Notes: generated by a model from the letters alone, not told the origin. Shown: positions 16,287-25,281, counted from the first letter of the stretch. The stretch is 30,903 nucleotides of DNA from Candidatus Parcubacteria bacterium (GCA_030616435.1 JAUWXI010000001.1:1-30903), one strand, 5' to 3'. Numbers and translations: made by a program.

Positions 16287-17200
16287 TTTTTTAATTCAAA
16301 ACCTGAATCTTTGAGAGCTTTTTTAATCTCTCCAATACTTTTATCTCCTATCCCTTTTAAACTGCGTAAGGTTTCTTCTTTTCTTCTTAAAAGTCCTCCA
16401 AGACTTTTGATACCATTTCTTTTTAGAATGTTAATTGTCTTTTCAGAAATCCCAAGTTTATCAATCTCAATCTTTTTTTGCTGATCTTTTTCTATCTCCT
16501 TTTCCTTTTTAATTCCCTTATCTATTTTTTCAGAAAAACAAGAGAAGTGATTTTTGAGAACTTTTGAAGCCTCTTTAAAAGCTTGCTCTGGGGTTAAGGT
16601 GCCATCTGTTTCAATTTCCAAAAGTAATTTATCAAAATCTGTTCTTTTCCCTACCCTAACATTCTCGGTTCTAAAGGCTACCTTTCTAATGGGCGTAAAA
16701 ACAGCATCCAAGATAATAACTCCGGGTTCTAACTTTTCTTGCTCTCTCCTTTCAGCAGGGAAGTATCCTAAACCCTTTTCGATTTTAACTTCCATTTCAA
16801 GACTGGTGTTCTTTAAGGTTAAAGTAGCAATATGAAAATTTTTATTTATCAATTCCACCTGGGGAGGTAATTTGAAATCTAAACCTAAAACTTTCTTCTC
16901 CCCAGAAACTTTCAAAGAACCTGTCTGAGGTTCTTCAGAAAAAACTTTGAAGCGAAGCTTTTTTAAATTCATTAAAATAGAAATTACATCTTCTAAAACT
17001 CCCGGAATAGTTGAAAATTCATGCGAAACCCCTTTTATTTTCACCTGGGTAATAGCAGCTCCTGGCAGAGAAGAAAGTAAGACTCTTCTTAAGCTATTTC
17101 CAATCGTTACTCCAAAACCAGGATAAAGAGGCTCAATTTCAAGCAAAATCCAGTTTTGTTTTTTCTCAACGATTTTCACTTTTGAGGGTAAAGAAATCAT
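16283..17200 (-). CDS. rpoA: RNA polymerase alpha subunit (true start ATG 17200; the ORF track start at 17278 lies inside rpsD)
   Basis: [60 protein letters not shown], alpha-CTD HhH segment. Confidence 0.98.
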   Translation of the reverse strand: MISLPSKVKIVEKKQNWILLEIEPLYPGFGVTIGNSLRRVLLSSLPGAAITQVKIKGVSHEFSTIPGVLEDVISILMNLKKLRFKVFSEEPQTGSLKVSGEKKVLGLDFKLPPQVELINKNFHIATLTLKNTSLEMEVKIEKGLGYFPAERREQEKLEPGVIILDAVFTPIRKVAFRTENVRVGKRTDFDKLLLEIETDGTLTPEQAFKEASKVLKNHFSCFSEKIDKGIKKEKEIEKDQQKKIEIDKLGISEKTINILKRNGIKSLGGLLRRKEETLRSLKGIGDKSIGEIKKALKDSGFELKK

Positions 17201-17201
17201 A

Positions 17202-17828
17202 TTACTTTGAATAAAATTCAAAAATAGCTGGGATCTCAACTGGGGGAGCAGCCTCTTGGAGAGAGGGTTTTCCAACAACTTCCCCTGTTAATTTTTTGAT
17301 ATCCAAAGAAAGCCAGGAAGGTAGTTTCTCTTTTTTCAATTGGGATTCAAGGTTTCTAAAAACTCCTTTCTTTTCTAAACCGGGAATAAGGGAAATCTTG
17401 TCTCCTTTTTTTAATTGATAAGAAGGTATATTAACCTTTTTTCCATTTATCAGAAAGTGACCATGACTCACAAATTGTTTTGCCTGAGGCCTGGAAACAG
17501 CAAAACCCAATCTAAAAACAGCATTATCCAGGCGTCTTTCCAAAATCTCAATCAAGAACTCAGAAGTATCTGGAACCCTTCCCCTTTTTGCCAAAACCTT
17601 TTTTACGTAACTTTTAAACTGACTCTCTTTTAGATTATACCATTTTTTCAGTTTTTGTTTATCCCTCAGTTCTCTACCGAAATCAGATACTCTTTTTCTT
17701 CTTTTCCTCACTTTCCCTGGAGGATACGGTTTCTTCACAAGAGCACATTTTGGAGAAAAACAACGCTCCCCTTTCAAAAAGAGTTTTACTCCTAAACGCC
17801 GACAAATTTTACATTTAGATTCTCTCAT
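17202..17828 (-). CDS. rpsD: 30S ribosomal protein S4, zinc-binding form (true start ATG 17828)
   Basis: CKICRR...ERCFSPKC, LERRLDNAVFRLGFA, QFVSHGHFLING, EFYSK. Confidence 0.98.
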   Translation of the reverse strand: MRESKCKICRRLGVKLFLKGERCFSPKCALVKKPYPPGKVRKRRKRVSDFGRELRDKQKLKKWYNLKESQFKSYVKKVLAKRGRVPDTSEFLIEILERRLDNAVFRLGFAVSRPQAKQFVSHGHFLINGKKVNIPSYQLKKGDKISLIPGLEKKGVFRNLESQLKKEKLPSWLSLDIKKLTGEVVGKPSLQEAAPPVEIPAIFEFYSK

Positions 17829-17830
17829 TT

Positions 17831-18283
17831 TTAGACTCTTCTTAGTTTTCGAGGACGGCAACCATTATGAGGAATGGGAGTAACATCTTTTATAGAAACT
17901 ATATTCAATCCATGTCCTCCTAAAGACCTTAGAGCTGAATTCCTTCCTGAACCTATCCCCTTCACAAAAACAGAAACCTTCTCGATGCCAAGCTTTTTGA
18001 TAGCTTCAACTAAAGGTTCTGTGGCTTTTGAAGCTGCAAAGGGAGTTCCTTTTCTTGTCCCCTTGAAGCCAACTCTTCCAGCGCTTGTTCCGTATAAAAC
18101 ATTACCTTGAGAATCGGTCAGGGTTAAAATTGTATTATTAAAAGAAGAGGAAATATAAATATTTCCCTCTTTGACCTTTTTGGAAACCTTAACTTTGACC
18201 CCTTTTTTCAAGAGTGCCTCTCTCTCTTCTTTCTCTTTTAAGACTTCTTCTTCAGTTTTTTTAATGACTCGTTTCTTGCCCAT
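17831..18283 (-). CDS. rpsK: 30S ribosomal protein S11
   Basis: SFNNTI, GFKGTRKGTPFAA, KGIGSGR, DVTPIPHNGCRP. Confidence 0.98.
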   Translation of the reverse strand: MGKKRVIKKTEEEVLKEKEEREALLKKGVKVKVSKKVKEGNIYISSSFNNTILTLTDSQGNVLYGTSAGRVGFKGTRKGTPFAASKATEPLVEAIKKLGIEKVSVFVKGIGSGRNSALRSLGGHGLNIVSIKDVTPIPHNGCRPRKLRRV

Positions 18284-18285
18284 GA

Positions 18286-18675
18286 TTATTTTGGTGTCGG
18301 GGCTTTTCTTCTTCCCGATCCCACGGTCGTTCTTACATTGCCCCGAATGGTCCTTGAATTTGTCCTTGTTGTTTGACCCCTAACAGGAAGCCCTTTAATG
18401 TGTCTTACTCCCCGCCAACATTTAATGTCCTTTAATCTCTTGACCGCTCTCATTTGTTCTCTTCTAAGCCCTCCTTCAATCTTGTAATTTTTCTCAATAA
18501 TTTGTTTTAATCTGTCGGTTTCTTGAGTTGTCAAATCTGAAGCTCTTTTTTCGAGGTCAATTTCAGCCTCTTTTAAAATCTTTTCACTCAAAATCTTCCC
18601 TATTCCAAAAATATAGGTTAGGGCAATCTTTATTTGTTTCTCTTTTGGTATGTTTACTCCTGCAATTCTTGGCAT
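18286..18675 (-). CDS. rpsM: 30S ribosomal protein S13
   Basis: MPRIAGVNIP, IALTYIFGIG, RHIKGLPVRGQTTRTNSRT. Confidence 0.98.
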   Translation of the reverse strand: MPRIAGVNIPKEKQIKIALTYIFGIGKILSEKILKEAEIDLEKRASDLTTQETDRLKQIIEKNYKIEGGLRREQMRAVKRLKDIKCWRGVRHIKGLPVRGQTTRTNSRTIRGNVRTTVGSGRRKAPTPK

Positions 18676-18677
18676 AG

Positions 18678-18791
18678 TTATCCTTGTCTTTGTTTATGTT
18701 TGGGATTTTCGCAAATAACGTAAACACGTCCTTTTCGACGGACGATTTTACACTTTTTACAAATTTTTTTGACCGTACTTCTTACTTTCAT
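18678..18791 (-). CDS. rpmJ: 50S ribosomal protein L36, 37 aa, zinc-binding form (missed by the ORF track)
   Basis: Manual translation: [40 protein letters not shown] overlaps the infA TGA. Confidence 0.98.
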   Translation of the reverse strand: MKVRSTVKKICKKCKIVRRKGRVYVICENPKHKQRQG

Positions 18792-19015
18792 GGTTGTTTT
18801 AATCGATAAATAATTCTTCCTCTTTTTTTATCATGAGGGCTCATTTCTACCAAAACTCTGTCTCCTGGTAAAACTTTTATCCTAAAGCGCCTCATTTTCC
18901 CGGCAAGATAGGCTATAATTTCTTGCCCGGAATCCAGTTTAAGCCGAAAATTGGTGTTGGGAAGGGTTTCTAAAACCTGACCTTCTTCTTGAATAGTCTC
19001 TTTAGATTTTTTCAT
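18788..19015 (-). CDS. infA: Translation initiation factor IF-1
   Basis: [47 protein letters not shown]...GRIIYR. Confidence 0.98.
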   Translation of the reverse strand: MKKSKETIQEEGQVLETLPNTNFRLKLDSGQEIIAYLAGKMRRFRIKVLPGDRVLVEMSPHDKKRGRIIYRLKQP

Positions 19016-19027
19016 TACCGTCTTTAA

Positions 19028-19056
19028 AAGATAACAAAGAATTTTACTTTAGTCAA
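19028..19056 (-). promoter_or_regulatory. sigma70 promoter for the infA-led ribosomal protein operon
   Basis: TTGACT (19056-19051), 17 nt, TATCTT (19033-19028) with TG extension; 12 nt from -10 to ATG. Confidence 0.6.
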
Positions 19057-20290
19057 GCACGGTCCTTATTCTAATTTTTTCAAGATTTTTCGGTATCTCT
19101 TTCAGCCAAAATGGCCAGAGTTTTATCTCAGCTTGTTTTATTTCAGGATGACTTTCCAGAAGAATTTTGGCTGTCTTTTTAGGTTTAGCAGCAATTCCTT
19201 TTTTTAAAAGGGTCTCCTCAAGAGGAGAATAAATCTCTGCCAAGGCAATTAAATTTAAATTAGCTTGCCCCTTTTCTAAATCCTTGGATTCAAGAAAGTA
19301 ATTTAGCTCAAGACTTCCAGGTTTAATTTCCTTTTCTTGAACTTGAGACAAAATGGCATTTTCGACAAATTCTTCAAGGTCTTTTTCTCTAAAAACAAGG
19401 GCTTTTAATTTCACCTTTATCTCACAAGTAAAAGAGTCTATTTTTTCTCCAACTTCAGCTTTACAACCTTGTTCCAAAACTTCCTTTAAAAGACAATCTT
19501 GGGCTAAAATAAAAGAATTTTCATCACACTTTTTTTCCAAGGCAGCTAAACTTTCTTCAAAAACTTCTTCTTCCAAAAGTTTTTCTGCTCTTTCAAGATC
19601 TTCTTTTTTAACCTGGGAAGCTTTTCCTTTAAAACCTCCTTTCATTTGAGAAAAGGATTTTGCATAAAAAGTAGTATACATGTCAGTTCCCAAAAGGCCG
19701 GGGATAGAAAATGTGGTAGGTCCTATGTTATACTCCTGGCCAGCCTCTGCTGCCCTGACCTTAATGTCGACAAAACCTGGCTTCAGCCTCCCTTCTTCAT
19801 ATTTTTGGCCTGGAATGGTAATTTTTTCTAAAGCTCTGAAAAGCTTTCCATCAGTTGAAAGAAATCTTGTGTTAACCACAAAGGTTCGGGAAGTAGTGGA
19901 ATATTCATTGTAAACTCTGACTATTCCTTCGGCCCGTTTTTCAGCTACATCCTCGCCCGTAGCAGGGAATTCTCTTGAAATAGTGCTTTCATCTTCAATA
20001 ATCTCAGCTGGAATGGTGTTTTCTTTCAACCTAACTAAAAGAGGTTCTTTAAATTCTGAATCCAAAAGCACCTTTTTTTCAAGATCAATCAATTCAGTTT
20101 TAGGTATTATTTCAATCTCAGCCTTCCCTAAGGCAAAAAAGAGAAAAGTTCCAAAAATAATTAAAAGGAGGATGAGAGAAAAAGCAATTTTTTTAGAAAA
20201 AGAAGGTTTTTTTTCAACGATTTTTCTCTCAGGTTCAGGTTTCACTAAAATTTTCTTGGGGGGTGAAATGTCAAAAAATTCTTTAGCCAT
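19049..20290 (-). CDS. Single-pass membrane protein with a baseplate J/gp47-like domain
   Basis: TM IAFSLILLLIIFGTFLFFAL, then AEGIVRVYN...NTRFLSTDGKLFR...IPG...VRAAEAGQEYNIGP, recognisable as the baseplate-J-like segment common in CPR hypothetical proteins (pattern recall, not a search result). Confidence 0.6.
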   Translation of the reverse strand: MAKEFFDISPPKKILVKPEPERKIVEKKPSFSKKIAFSLILLLIIFGTFLFFALGKAEIEIIPKTELIDLEKKVLLDSEFKEPLLVRLKENTIPAEIIEDESTISREFPATGEDVAEKRAEGIVRVYNEYSTTSRTFVVNTRFLSTDGKLFRALEKITIPGQKYEEGRLKPGFVDIKVRAAEAGQEYNIGPTTFSIPGLLGTDMYTTFYAKSFSQMKGGFKGKASQVKKEDLERAEKLLEEEVFEESLAALEKKCDENSFILAQDCLLKEVLEQGCKAEVGEKIDSFTCEIKVKLKALVFREKDLEEFVENAILSQVQEKEIKPGSLELNYFLESKDLEKGQANLNLIALAEIYSPLEETLLKKGIAAKPKKTAKILLESHPEIKQAEIKLWPFWLKEIPKNLEKIRIRTVLD

Positions 20291-20299
20291 AAGTTTTTA

Positions 20300-22111
20300 T
20301 CATTTTAAAATTGCTCTTATTCTTCTTACCCCGGTCCCACAAGGGCTTTCCTTCACGATTTTAAAAATACCCAAGGTTGAAGTCCTTTCCACATGAGGGC
20401 CTCCACAAACCTCTTTTGAAAAAACTTTTCCAGAACGCTCAACAATCGAATAGACCGTCACTTTTTCAGGATACTTTTCTTTAAAAAATGCTAAAACATC
20501 AGATTTTAACACTTCTTTAAAAGACATCTCTTCCTTTTTTACTATCAGATCTTCCCTGATTTTCTCATTGACCAGATTCTCCACCTTCTTTATTTCCTCT
20601 GGGGTTAATTTTTCAGGATGAGAAAAATCAAATCTTAATCTTTCCGGAGTAATATCAGAACCCATCTGTTTTACATGTTTTCCCAAAATTTCTCTTAAGG
20701 CAGCTTGTAAAAGATGGGTGGCAGTATGTAATCTCTTAGCCTTCTCTCTTTCCTCTTTGCTTTCTACTTGCTCAATGCCAATACCTCCAAACTTTTTTGG
20801 AGCACCAGCTCTGGAGATTTCCTTGTGAGTTTTAAGCTCTGTTTTAAAACCCACTTTATCAACCTTAAAACCTTTTTCTTTGGCTAATTCTTCTGTCAAT
20901 TCTAAGGGAAATCCATAATTTTGATAAAGATCGAATACCTCTTTACCAGTAATAATTTTAACCCTTTTGACTTCAAGTAATTTCTCAAATTGCCTGAGTC
21001 CTCTTTCTAAAGCCTTTCCAAATTTTTCTTGTTCTCTTTGTATTCCTGTAATTATATTTTCTTGTTTTGTCCTTACCTCAGGATATTCGTCCCCATAAAT
21101 TTCAGAAATTCTTTTTGCGGGTTCGACATACCAGTTTTTTGGCAGATCCAAAATTTTAGCATATCGAATACTTCTCCTTAAAATTCTCCTTAAAACATAT
21201 CCCTGCTCAACATTTGATGGCAAAACTCCTTCCGAAATTAAAAAAGCAGCTCCCCTCAAATGATCAGCCAAAATCCTAAATTCTCTTTTATTCTTCTCAT
21301 ATTTTTTTGAACACTGATTTTGAATTCCTCTTATAATTGGAAAAAAAAGATCTGTTTCATAATCTGAATTTTTTCCTTGAAGTACAGCCAACAATCTTTC
21401 AAAACCAATTCCTGTATCAACATTTTTCTCTGGAAGCTTTTCAAATCTCCCTTTCTCATCTTTATTGTATTCCATAAACACCAGATTCCAAATTTCTACA
21501 AAACGATCGCATTCACAATTAGGCCTACACCCCCCACCAGAAATGGTGGGGGGTCCTTTTTCACAAGGCTTGCCTGTCAAATCATAAAAGACTTCAGAAC
21601 AGGGGCCACAAGGCCCTTCCCTTCCCACCGGTCCCCAAAAGTTCTCACTCATCCCAAACTCAGAAATCTTTTCCCTTTTTATTCCCCTGCTTTGCCATAC
21701 TTTTATGGATTTCGCATCTTTTGGAATTTCTTTTTCTCCTTTGAAAACAGAAACCCATAATTTCTCTTTTGGAATTTTTAAGTCTTTTGTCAAAAATTCT
21801 AAGGCAAAATCTATTGCCCCCTCTTTAAAATAATCACCAAAAGACCAGTTTCCCAACATTTCAAAAAAAGTATGGTGCCAGGCATTTCCGACTTCATCAA
21901 GATCACCAGTCCTAAAACACTTTTGGATAGAACAAGCTCTTTTGTAGGAAGGCTTTACCTTTCCTGAAAGATAGGGCACAAATTGTTGCATTCCAGCTGA
22001 AGTAAAAAGTGAGGTTGGATCAGCCGGAATTAAAGAACTCGAGGCCACTATTTCATGCCCCTTTTTCTCAAAAAAATCCAAAAAAGCTTTTCTCAACTCC
22101 TCTGGTTTCAT
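20300..22111 (-). CDS. alaS: Alanine--tRNA ligase, compact 603-aa form
   Basis: LFTSAGMQQF, QKCFR, HHTFFEMLGNWSFGDYFK, GPCGPCSE, VDTGIGFER, DHLR, GYVLRRILRR; editing motifs HTATH and CGGPH. Confidence 0.97.
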   Translation of the reverse strand: MKPEELRKAFLDFFEKKGHEIVASSSLIPADPTSLFTSAGMQQFVPYLSGKVKPSYKRACSIQKCFRTGDLDEVGNAWHHTFFEMLGNWSFGDYFKEGAIDFALEFLTKDLKIPKEKLWVSVFKGEKEIPKDAKSIKVWQSRGIKREKISEFGMSENFWGPVGREGPCGPCSEVFYDLTGKPCEKGPPTISGGGCRPNCECDRFVEIWNLVFMEYNKDEKGRFEKLPEKNVDTGIGFERLLAVLQGKNSDYETDLFFPIIRGIQNQCSKKYEKNKREFRILADHLRGAAFLISEGVLPSNVEQGYVLRRILRRSIRYAKILDLPKNWYVEPAKRISEIYGDEYPEVRTKQENIITGIQREQEKFGKALERGLRQFEKLLEVKRVKIITGKEVFDLYQNYGFPLELTEELAKEKGFKVDKVGFKTELKTHKEISRAGAPKKFGGIGIEQVESKEEREKAKRLHTATHLLQAALREILGKHVKQMGSDITPERLRFDFSHPEKLTPEEIKKVENLVNEKIREDLIVKKEEMSFKEVLKSDVLAFFKEKYPEKVTVYSIVERSGKVFSKEVCGGPHVERTSTLGIFKIVKESPCGTGVRRIRAILK

Positions 22112-22119
22112 TATCCTTC

Positions 22120-22148
22120 ATTATAGATTAAAAATCCCAAACGGGCAA
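22120..22148 (-). promoter_or_regulatory. sigma70 promoter for alaS (near-leaderless)
   Basis: TTGCCC (22148-22143), 17 nt, TATAAT (22125-22120), 8 nt, ATG. Confidence 0.7.
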
Positions 22149-22181
22149 ACAAATTAAAGGTAAAACCGCTGTTTTGTAAAT

Positions 22182-22204
22182 AAAAAAGGCGACTAAAGTA
22201 GCCT
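22182..22204 (-). terminator. Probable intrinsic terminator downstream of the ykuK-like gene
   Basis: Minus strand AGGC-T-AC-TTTA-GT-C-GCCT followed by TTTTT. Confidence 0.5.
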
Positions 22205-22241
22205 GTTCCCTTAATAAATACCTTGTTAGTGTTTGCTGTTT

Positions 22242-22751
22242 TTAGGTGTATCTATCAGCTACGGTTGAAGCAACATAAGCTTCAGGCTTTATTTTGGGTT
22301 CAAAACCATTTCCCCGAATTAAACCGGTAATTTCTTTTACCATATCCCTTGTTGCCCCGTTTTCCCCGACGTCAGCATGAATATAGCGGAACTGATAATT
22401 TAAATTCTCAGGCAGCTTCTCAATTGCCTCTTTTAAATTTTCCTTCAAAAACAAAGCTAATTCACAAGATAGTAAAACCTCTTCTAAAACTCTTTGCTTC
22501 CAAGTATAAAACTTCCTTTCAGAATATCTTACCTTCTTGATAAAAAATCTTCCTCCCTCCCCTACTCTTAAAACAACAATGACCACAGGAAAATGGGGTT
22601 CTGTTCCTGAAGAAGAATCACATCCAACAATAACATCGTAAAACTTGCCAGGATTTCCTGACATATAATTTAAAATCTCATCCTGCACCTTATTTAATGC
22701 TAATCTTCCTCGAGTTGGATTATAGAAATAACCTTCTTTAAAATTACTCAT
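22242..22751 (-). CDS. RNase H-like YkuK/DUF458 family protein
   Basis: IVGCDS, VIVVLRVGEGGRFF, RVLEEVLLS, IHADVGENGAT, KPEAYVASTVADRYT match the acidic-residue pattern of this family (pattern recall). Confidence 0.8.
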   Translation of the reverse strand: MSNFKEGYFYNPTRGRLALNKVQDEILNYMSGNPGKFYDVIVGCDSSSGTEPHFPVVIVVLRVGEGGRFFIKKVRYSERKFYTWKQRVLEEVLLSCELALFLKENLKEAIEKLPENLNYQFRYIHADVGENGATRDMVKEITGLIRGNGFEPKIKPEAYVASTVADRYT

Positions 22752-22757
22752 TATGAA

Positions 22758-22786
22758 AGAATAACAAATTAAGGAGAGGGAATCAA
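22758..22786 (-). promoter_or_regulatory. sigma70 promoter for the ykuK-like gene (leaderless), overlapping the tpiA 3' end
   Basis: TTGATT (22786-22781), 17 nt, TATTCT (22763-22758) with TG extension, 6 nt, ATG. Confidence 0.6.
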
Positions 22787-23524
22787 GGCCCTGGCAACTT
22801 TTTTCACTAATTTAACAAACTCTTCAGCATCAAGAGAAGCGCCACCTACTAAAAGCCCATCCATTTTTGATTCTTTAATATAGCCTGCTGCAATTTCTGA
22901 ATTTAGGCTTCCTCCATAAAGGACCAGAATATTCTTTGCCATAGATTCCCCAAAAAACTCAGCGAGAATTTCTCTGATAGATGAATTTGCTTTTTTGGCA
23001 TCCTTAAAATCACAAGGATTCTTGGTTCCTATGGCCCAAACAGGCTCGTAAGCTATTATTAAATTCTCAAGATCTGATATTTTTATTATTGAAAGAGCCC
23101 CTCTTAATTGATTTTTAATCTCCTTTGTTTTAAATTCCTGATCTTTTTCTCCAATACAGAGAATTGGCTTTAATCCTTCTTTTAAAACTGCTTTAATTTT
23201 CTTGTTTATCATTTCATCGCTTTCTCCTAAAGCTCTTCTTTCAGAATGACCCAAAATTACATATTGACAACCCAAATTCTTTAACATTTGAGGAGAAATT
23301 TCTCCTGTGAAAGGGCCCTTTTCAAAAAAACAATTTTGGCCTCCAAACTTTATGGCTTTATGACTATTTGCTTTTAAGGCTAAAAGATAAATAAAAGGTG
23401 GACAAATTACCACCTCTACGTCTTTAATATTTTTTAATCCTTCTTTTACTGAATTAAAAAGCCTTTTGGCTTCAGTTGTAGTTACAGGATTACACTTCCA
23501 ATTTGCAATAACCAAAGGTTTCAT
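22769..23524 (-). CDS. tpiA: Triosephosphate isomerase
   Basis: ANWKCN, GHSERR, AYEPVWAIGT, LYGGS, LVGGASL. Confidence 0.98.
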   Translation of the reverse strand: MKPLVIANWKCNPVTTTEAKRLFNSVKEGLKNIKDVEVVICPPFIYLLALKANSHKAIKFGGQNCFFEKGPFTGEISPQMLKNLGCQYVILGHSERRALGESDEMINKKIKAVLKEGLKPILCIGEKDQEFKTKEIKNQLRGALSIIKISDLENLIIAYEPVWAIGTKNPCDFKDAKKANSSIREILAEFFGESMAKNILVLYGGSLNSEIAAGYIKESKMDGLLVGGASLDAEEFVKLVKKVARALIPSP

Positions 23525-24567
23525 ACTTTTTGTTTCCCCAAATATTCAGCTGCCTTTTCTGGCTCAATGGTGGAAATCTCCATGCAGGCCCCTAATTCAA
23601 ACCCAGCATGAATGGCGGTTTTGGGCAGAATTGTCCAGTGCCAATGGTAAAAGGAATAATCTTTACCGTCACAGGGAGCAGTATGTAAATAGAAATTATA
23701 GGCCGGATTGCCCAAGCCCTTGTAGAGTTTATACAAGGCTGTTTTGAAAGCTTCAGCTAAGGTTTTTTTCTGGCTTTCAGTAATTTTTTCAAAATATGGA
23801 AGGTGTTTCTTAGGAGAAATAATTACCTGAAAAGCCATTTTTGAAGCAAAAGGACAGATAACCAAAAAATCTTTGTTTTCAAAAATGATTCTTTTTTTTA
23901 TTTCTCTTTCCCACTTGGCCATCTGACAATACACGCATTGCTTATATTTTTTAAAATAGTTTTTTGAAGTCAAAAGAGCTTTTTTCAGATCAGTATCAAC
24001 AAGAGGGGTAGTGATGATTTGGGAGTGAGGATGATAAATTGAGGCGCCCGCCTCAGACCCATGATTGTGAAAAATAGAAATATAATTAACAAATGGTTTT
24101 TGTTTTAGCTCCAAATATCTCGTTTGATAAACATCAATAACTTCTTTTACTTGTTCTACTGCAAGAAGAGCCAAATGTTTATCATGATCCCTGGTTACTA
24201 CTATCTCATGAAATCCTACTGCCCTTATTGTTTGATAAAGATTGCCTTCTGTTTTTTTATCCAATTTATCGCTGGCAATAAAAGCAGGATATTTATTAGG
24301 AATTACGATGGTTGTCCAGTTTTTGGGAATTTCACCTTTGGGTCTCAGGAAAACCCTCTTTCCGTGGGAAAAAATAAGAGTTGGGGGCTCTTGGGTTTCT
24401 ATTTTACAAAAAGGACAATCTTTTTTGGGCCCTCTTTCTTTTTTCCTTTTTTCCTTTTTGAATACCTCTGGCCTTTTAGCTCTACCAGTAGCAATGACAA
24501 CCCAATCTTTGGAAGCCACATCAAAACGCAACTCTGAAGGAAACTTAGATTTTTTATTTATAGACAT
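23521..24567 (-). CDS. galT: GalT-family hexose-1-phosphate nucleotidyltransferase
   Basis: ELRFD...WVVIATGRAKRP, CPFC, NKYPA, GFHEIVV, HNHG.EAGASIYHPHSQ (H-P-H-x-Q catalytic motif), CVYC, GFELG. Confidence 0.88.
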   Translation of the reverse strand: MSINKKSKFPSELRFDVASKDWVVIATGRAKRPEVFKKEKRKKERGPKKDCPFCKIETQEPPTLIFSHGKRVFLRPKGEIPKNWTTIVIPNKYPAFIASDKLDKKTEGNLYQTIRAVGFHEIVVTRDHDKHLALLAVEQVKEVIDVYQTRYLELKQKPFVNYISIFHNHGSEAGASIYHPHSQIITTPLVDTDLKKALLTSKNYFKKYKQCVYCQMAKWEREIKKRIIFENKDFLVICPFASKMAFQVIISPKKHLPYFEKITESQKKTLAEAFKTALYKLYKGLGNPAYNFYLHTAPCDGKDYSFYHWHWTILPKTAIHAGFELGACMEISTIEPEKAAEYLGKQKV

Positions 24568-25273
24568 TTTTAATTAGGTTCCACCTAATTTTCAACAAAT
24601 CAAGACCCATTTTAACCATTGATTTGAATTTTAGCTTACTCTCGGGTTCATTTATCCAGACAACCGGAATTTCTTTAATTTTAAAACCTAATTTCTTGGC
24701 AATGACCAAAATTTCAGGATCAAATGCCCAACGATTGATTTTACATTTTGGAAATATTTTTTCTACCGCCTCTTTTGTAAATATTTTAAAGCCACACTGG
24801 GCATCCCAGATGCCCCAAAGCCCACAAGTAACTTGACTAAATAAATTAAAAACATCTCCCAACCTCCTCCTAATCCAGCTCTGAGGCACAGCAATAATCG
24901 ACTCTTTTAGATCTCTTGATCCAATAACAATATCATAACCTTTTTTGACCTCAGGCCACATTTTTTCTACCTGATCAATGGAAGTAGAATTATCGGCATC
25001 GGTAAATAGCCGGTATTCTCCTTTAGCTTCCAACAACCCTTGTCTAACAACAAATCCTTTTCCGTGATTTTCTTTATTATCAACCAATCTTAAATTTTTA
25101 ATTTTTACTTTTAAATCCTCAACAACTTCAGCTGTTTTATCCTTTGAGCCATCATTAACCACTAAAATCTCATAGTCATAAGGTTGTTTCCTTAAATAAC
25201 TATCGATAGAAGACAAGGTTTTTGGTAATCTCCTTTGCTCATTATAGGCTGGAACGATAACAGATAAGTACAT
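24554..25273 (-). CDS. GT2 glycosyltransferase, dolichyl/undecaprenyl-phosphate glucosyltransferase-like
   Basis: SVIVPAYNE, VNDGSKD, NHGKG, FTDAD, IVIGSR, DAQCGFK, FDPEIL. Confidence 0.9.
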   Translation of the reverse strand: MYLSVIVPAYNEQRRLPKTLSSIDSYLRKQPYDYEILVVNDGSKDKTAEVVEDLKVKIKNLRLVDNKENHGKGFVVRQGLLEAKGEYRLFTDADNSTSIDQVEKMWPEVKKGYDIVIGSRDLKESIIAVPQSWIRRRLGDVFNLFSQVTCGLWGIWDAQCGFKIFTKEAVEKIFPKCKINRWAFDPEILVIAKKLGFKIKEIPVVWINEPESKLKFKSMVKMGLDLLKIRWNLIKNVYK

Positions 25274-25281
25274 ATTGGTTT

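Noticed and set aside
16283-16480. Divergent alpha-CTD (SEKTIN for the usual SVRSxN)
   Set aside because: The Arg-to-Lys change is conservative and the HhH motif and GxKS are retained; too weak to claim altered UP-element binding.
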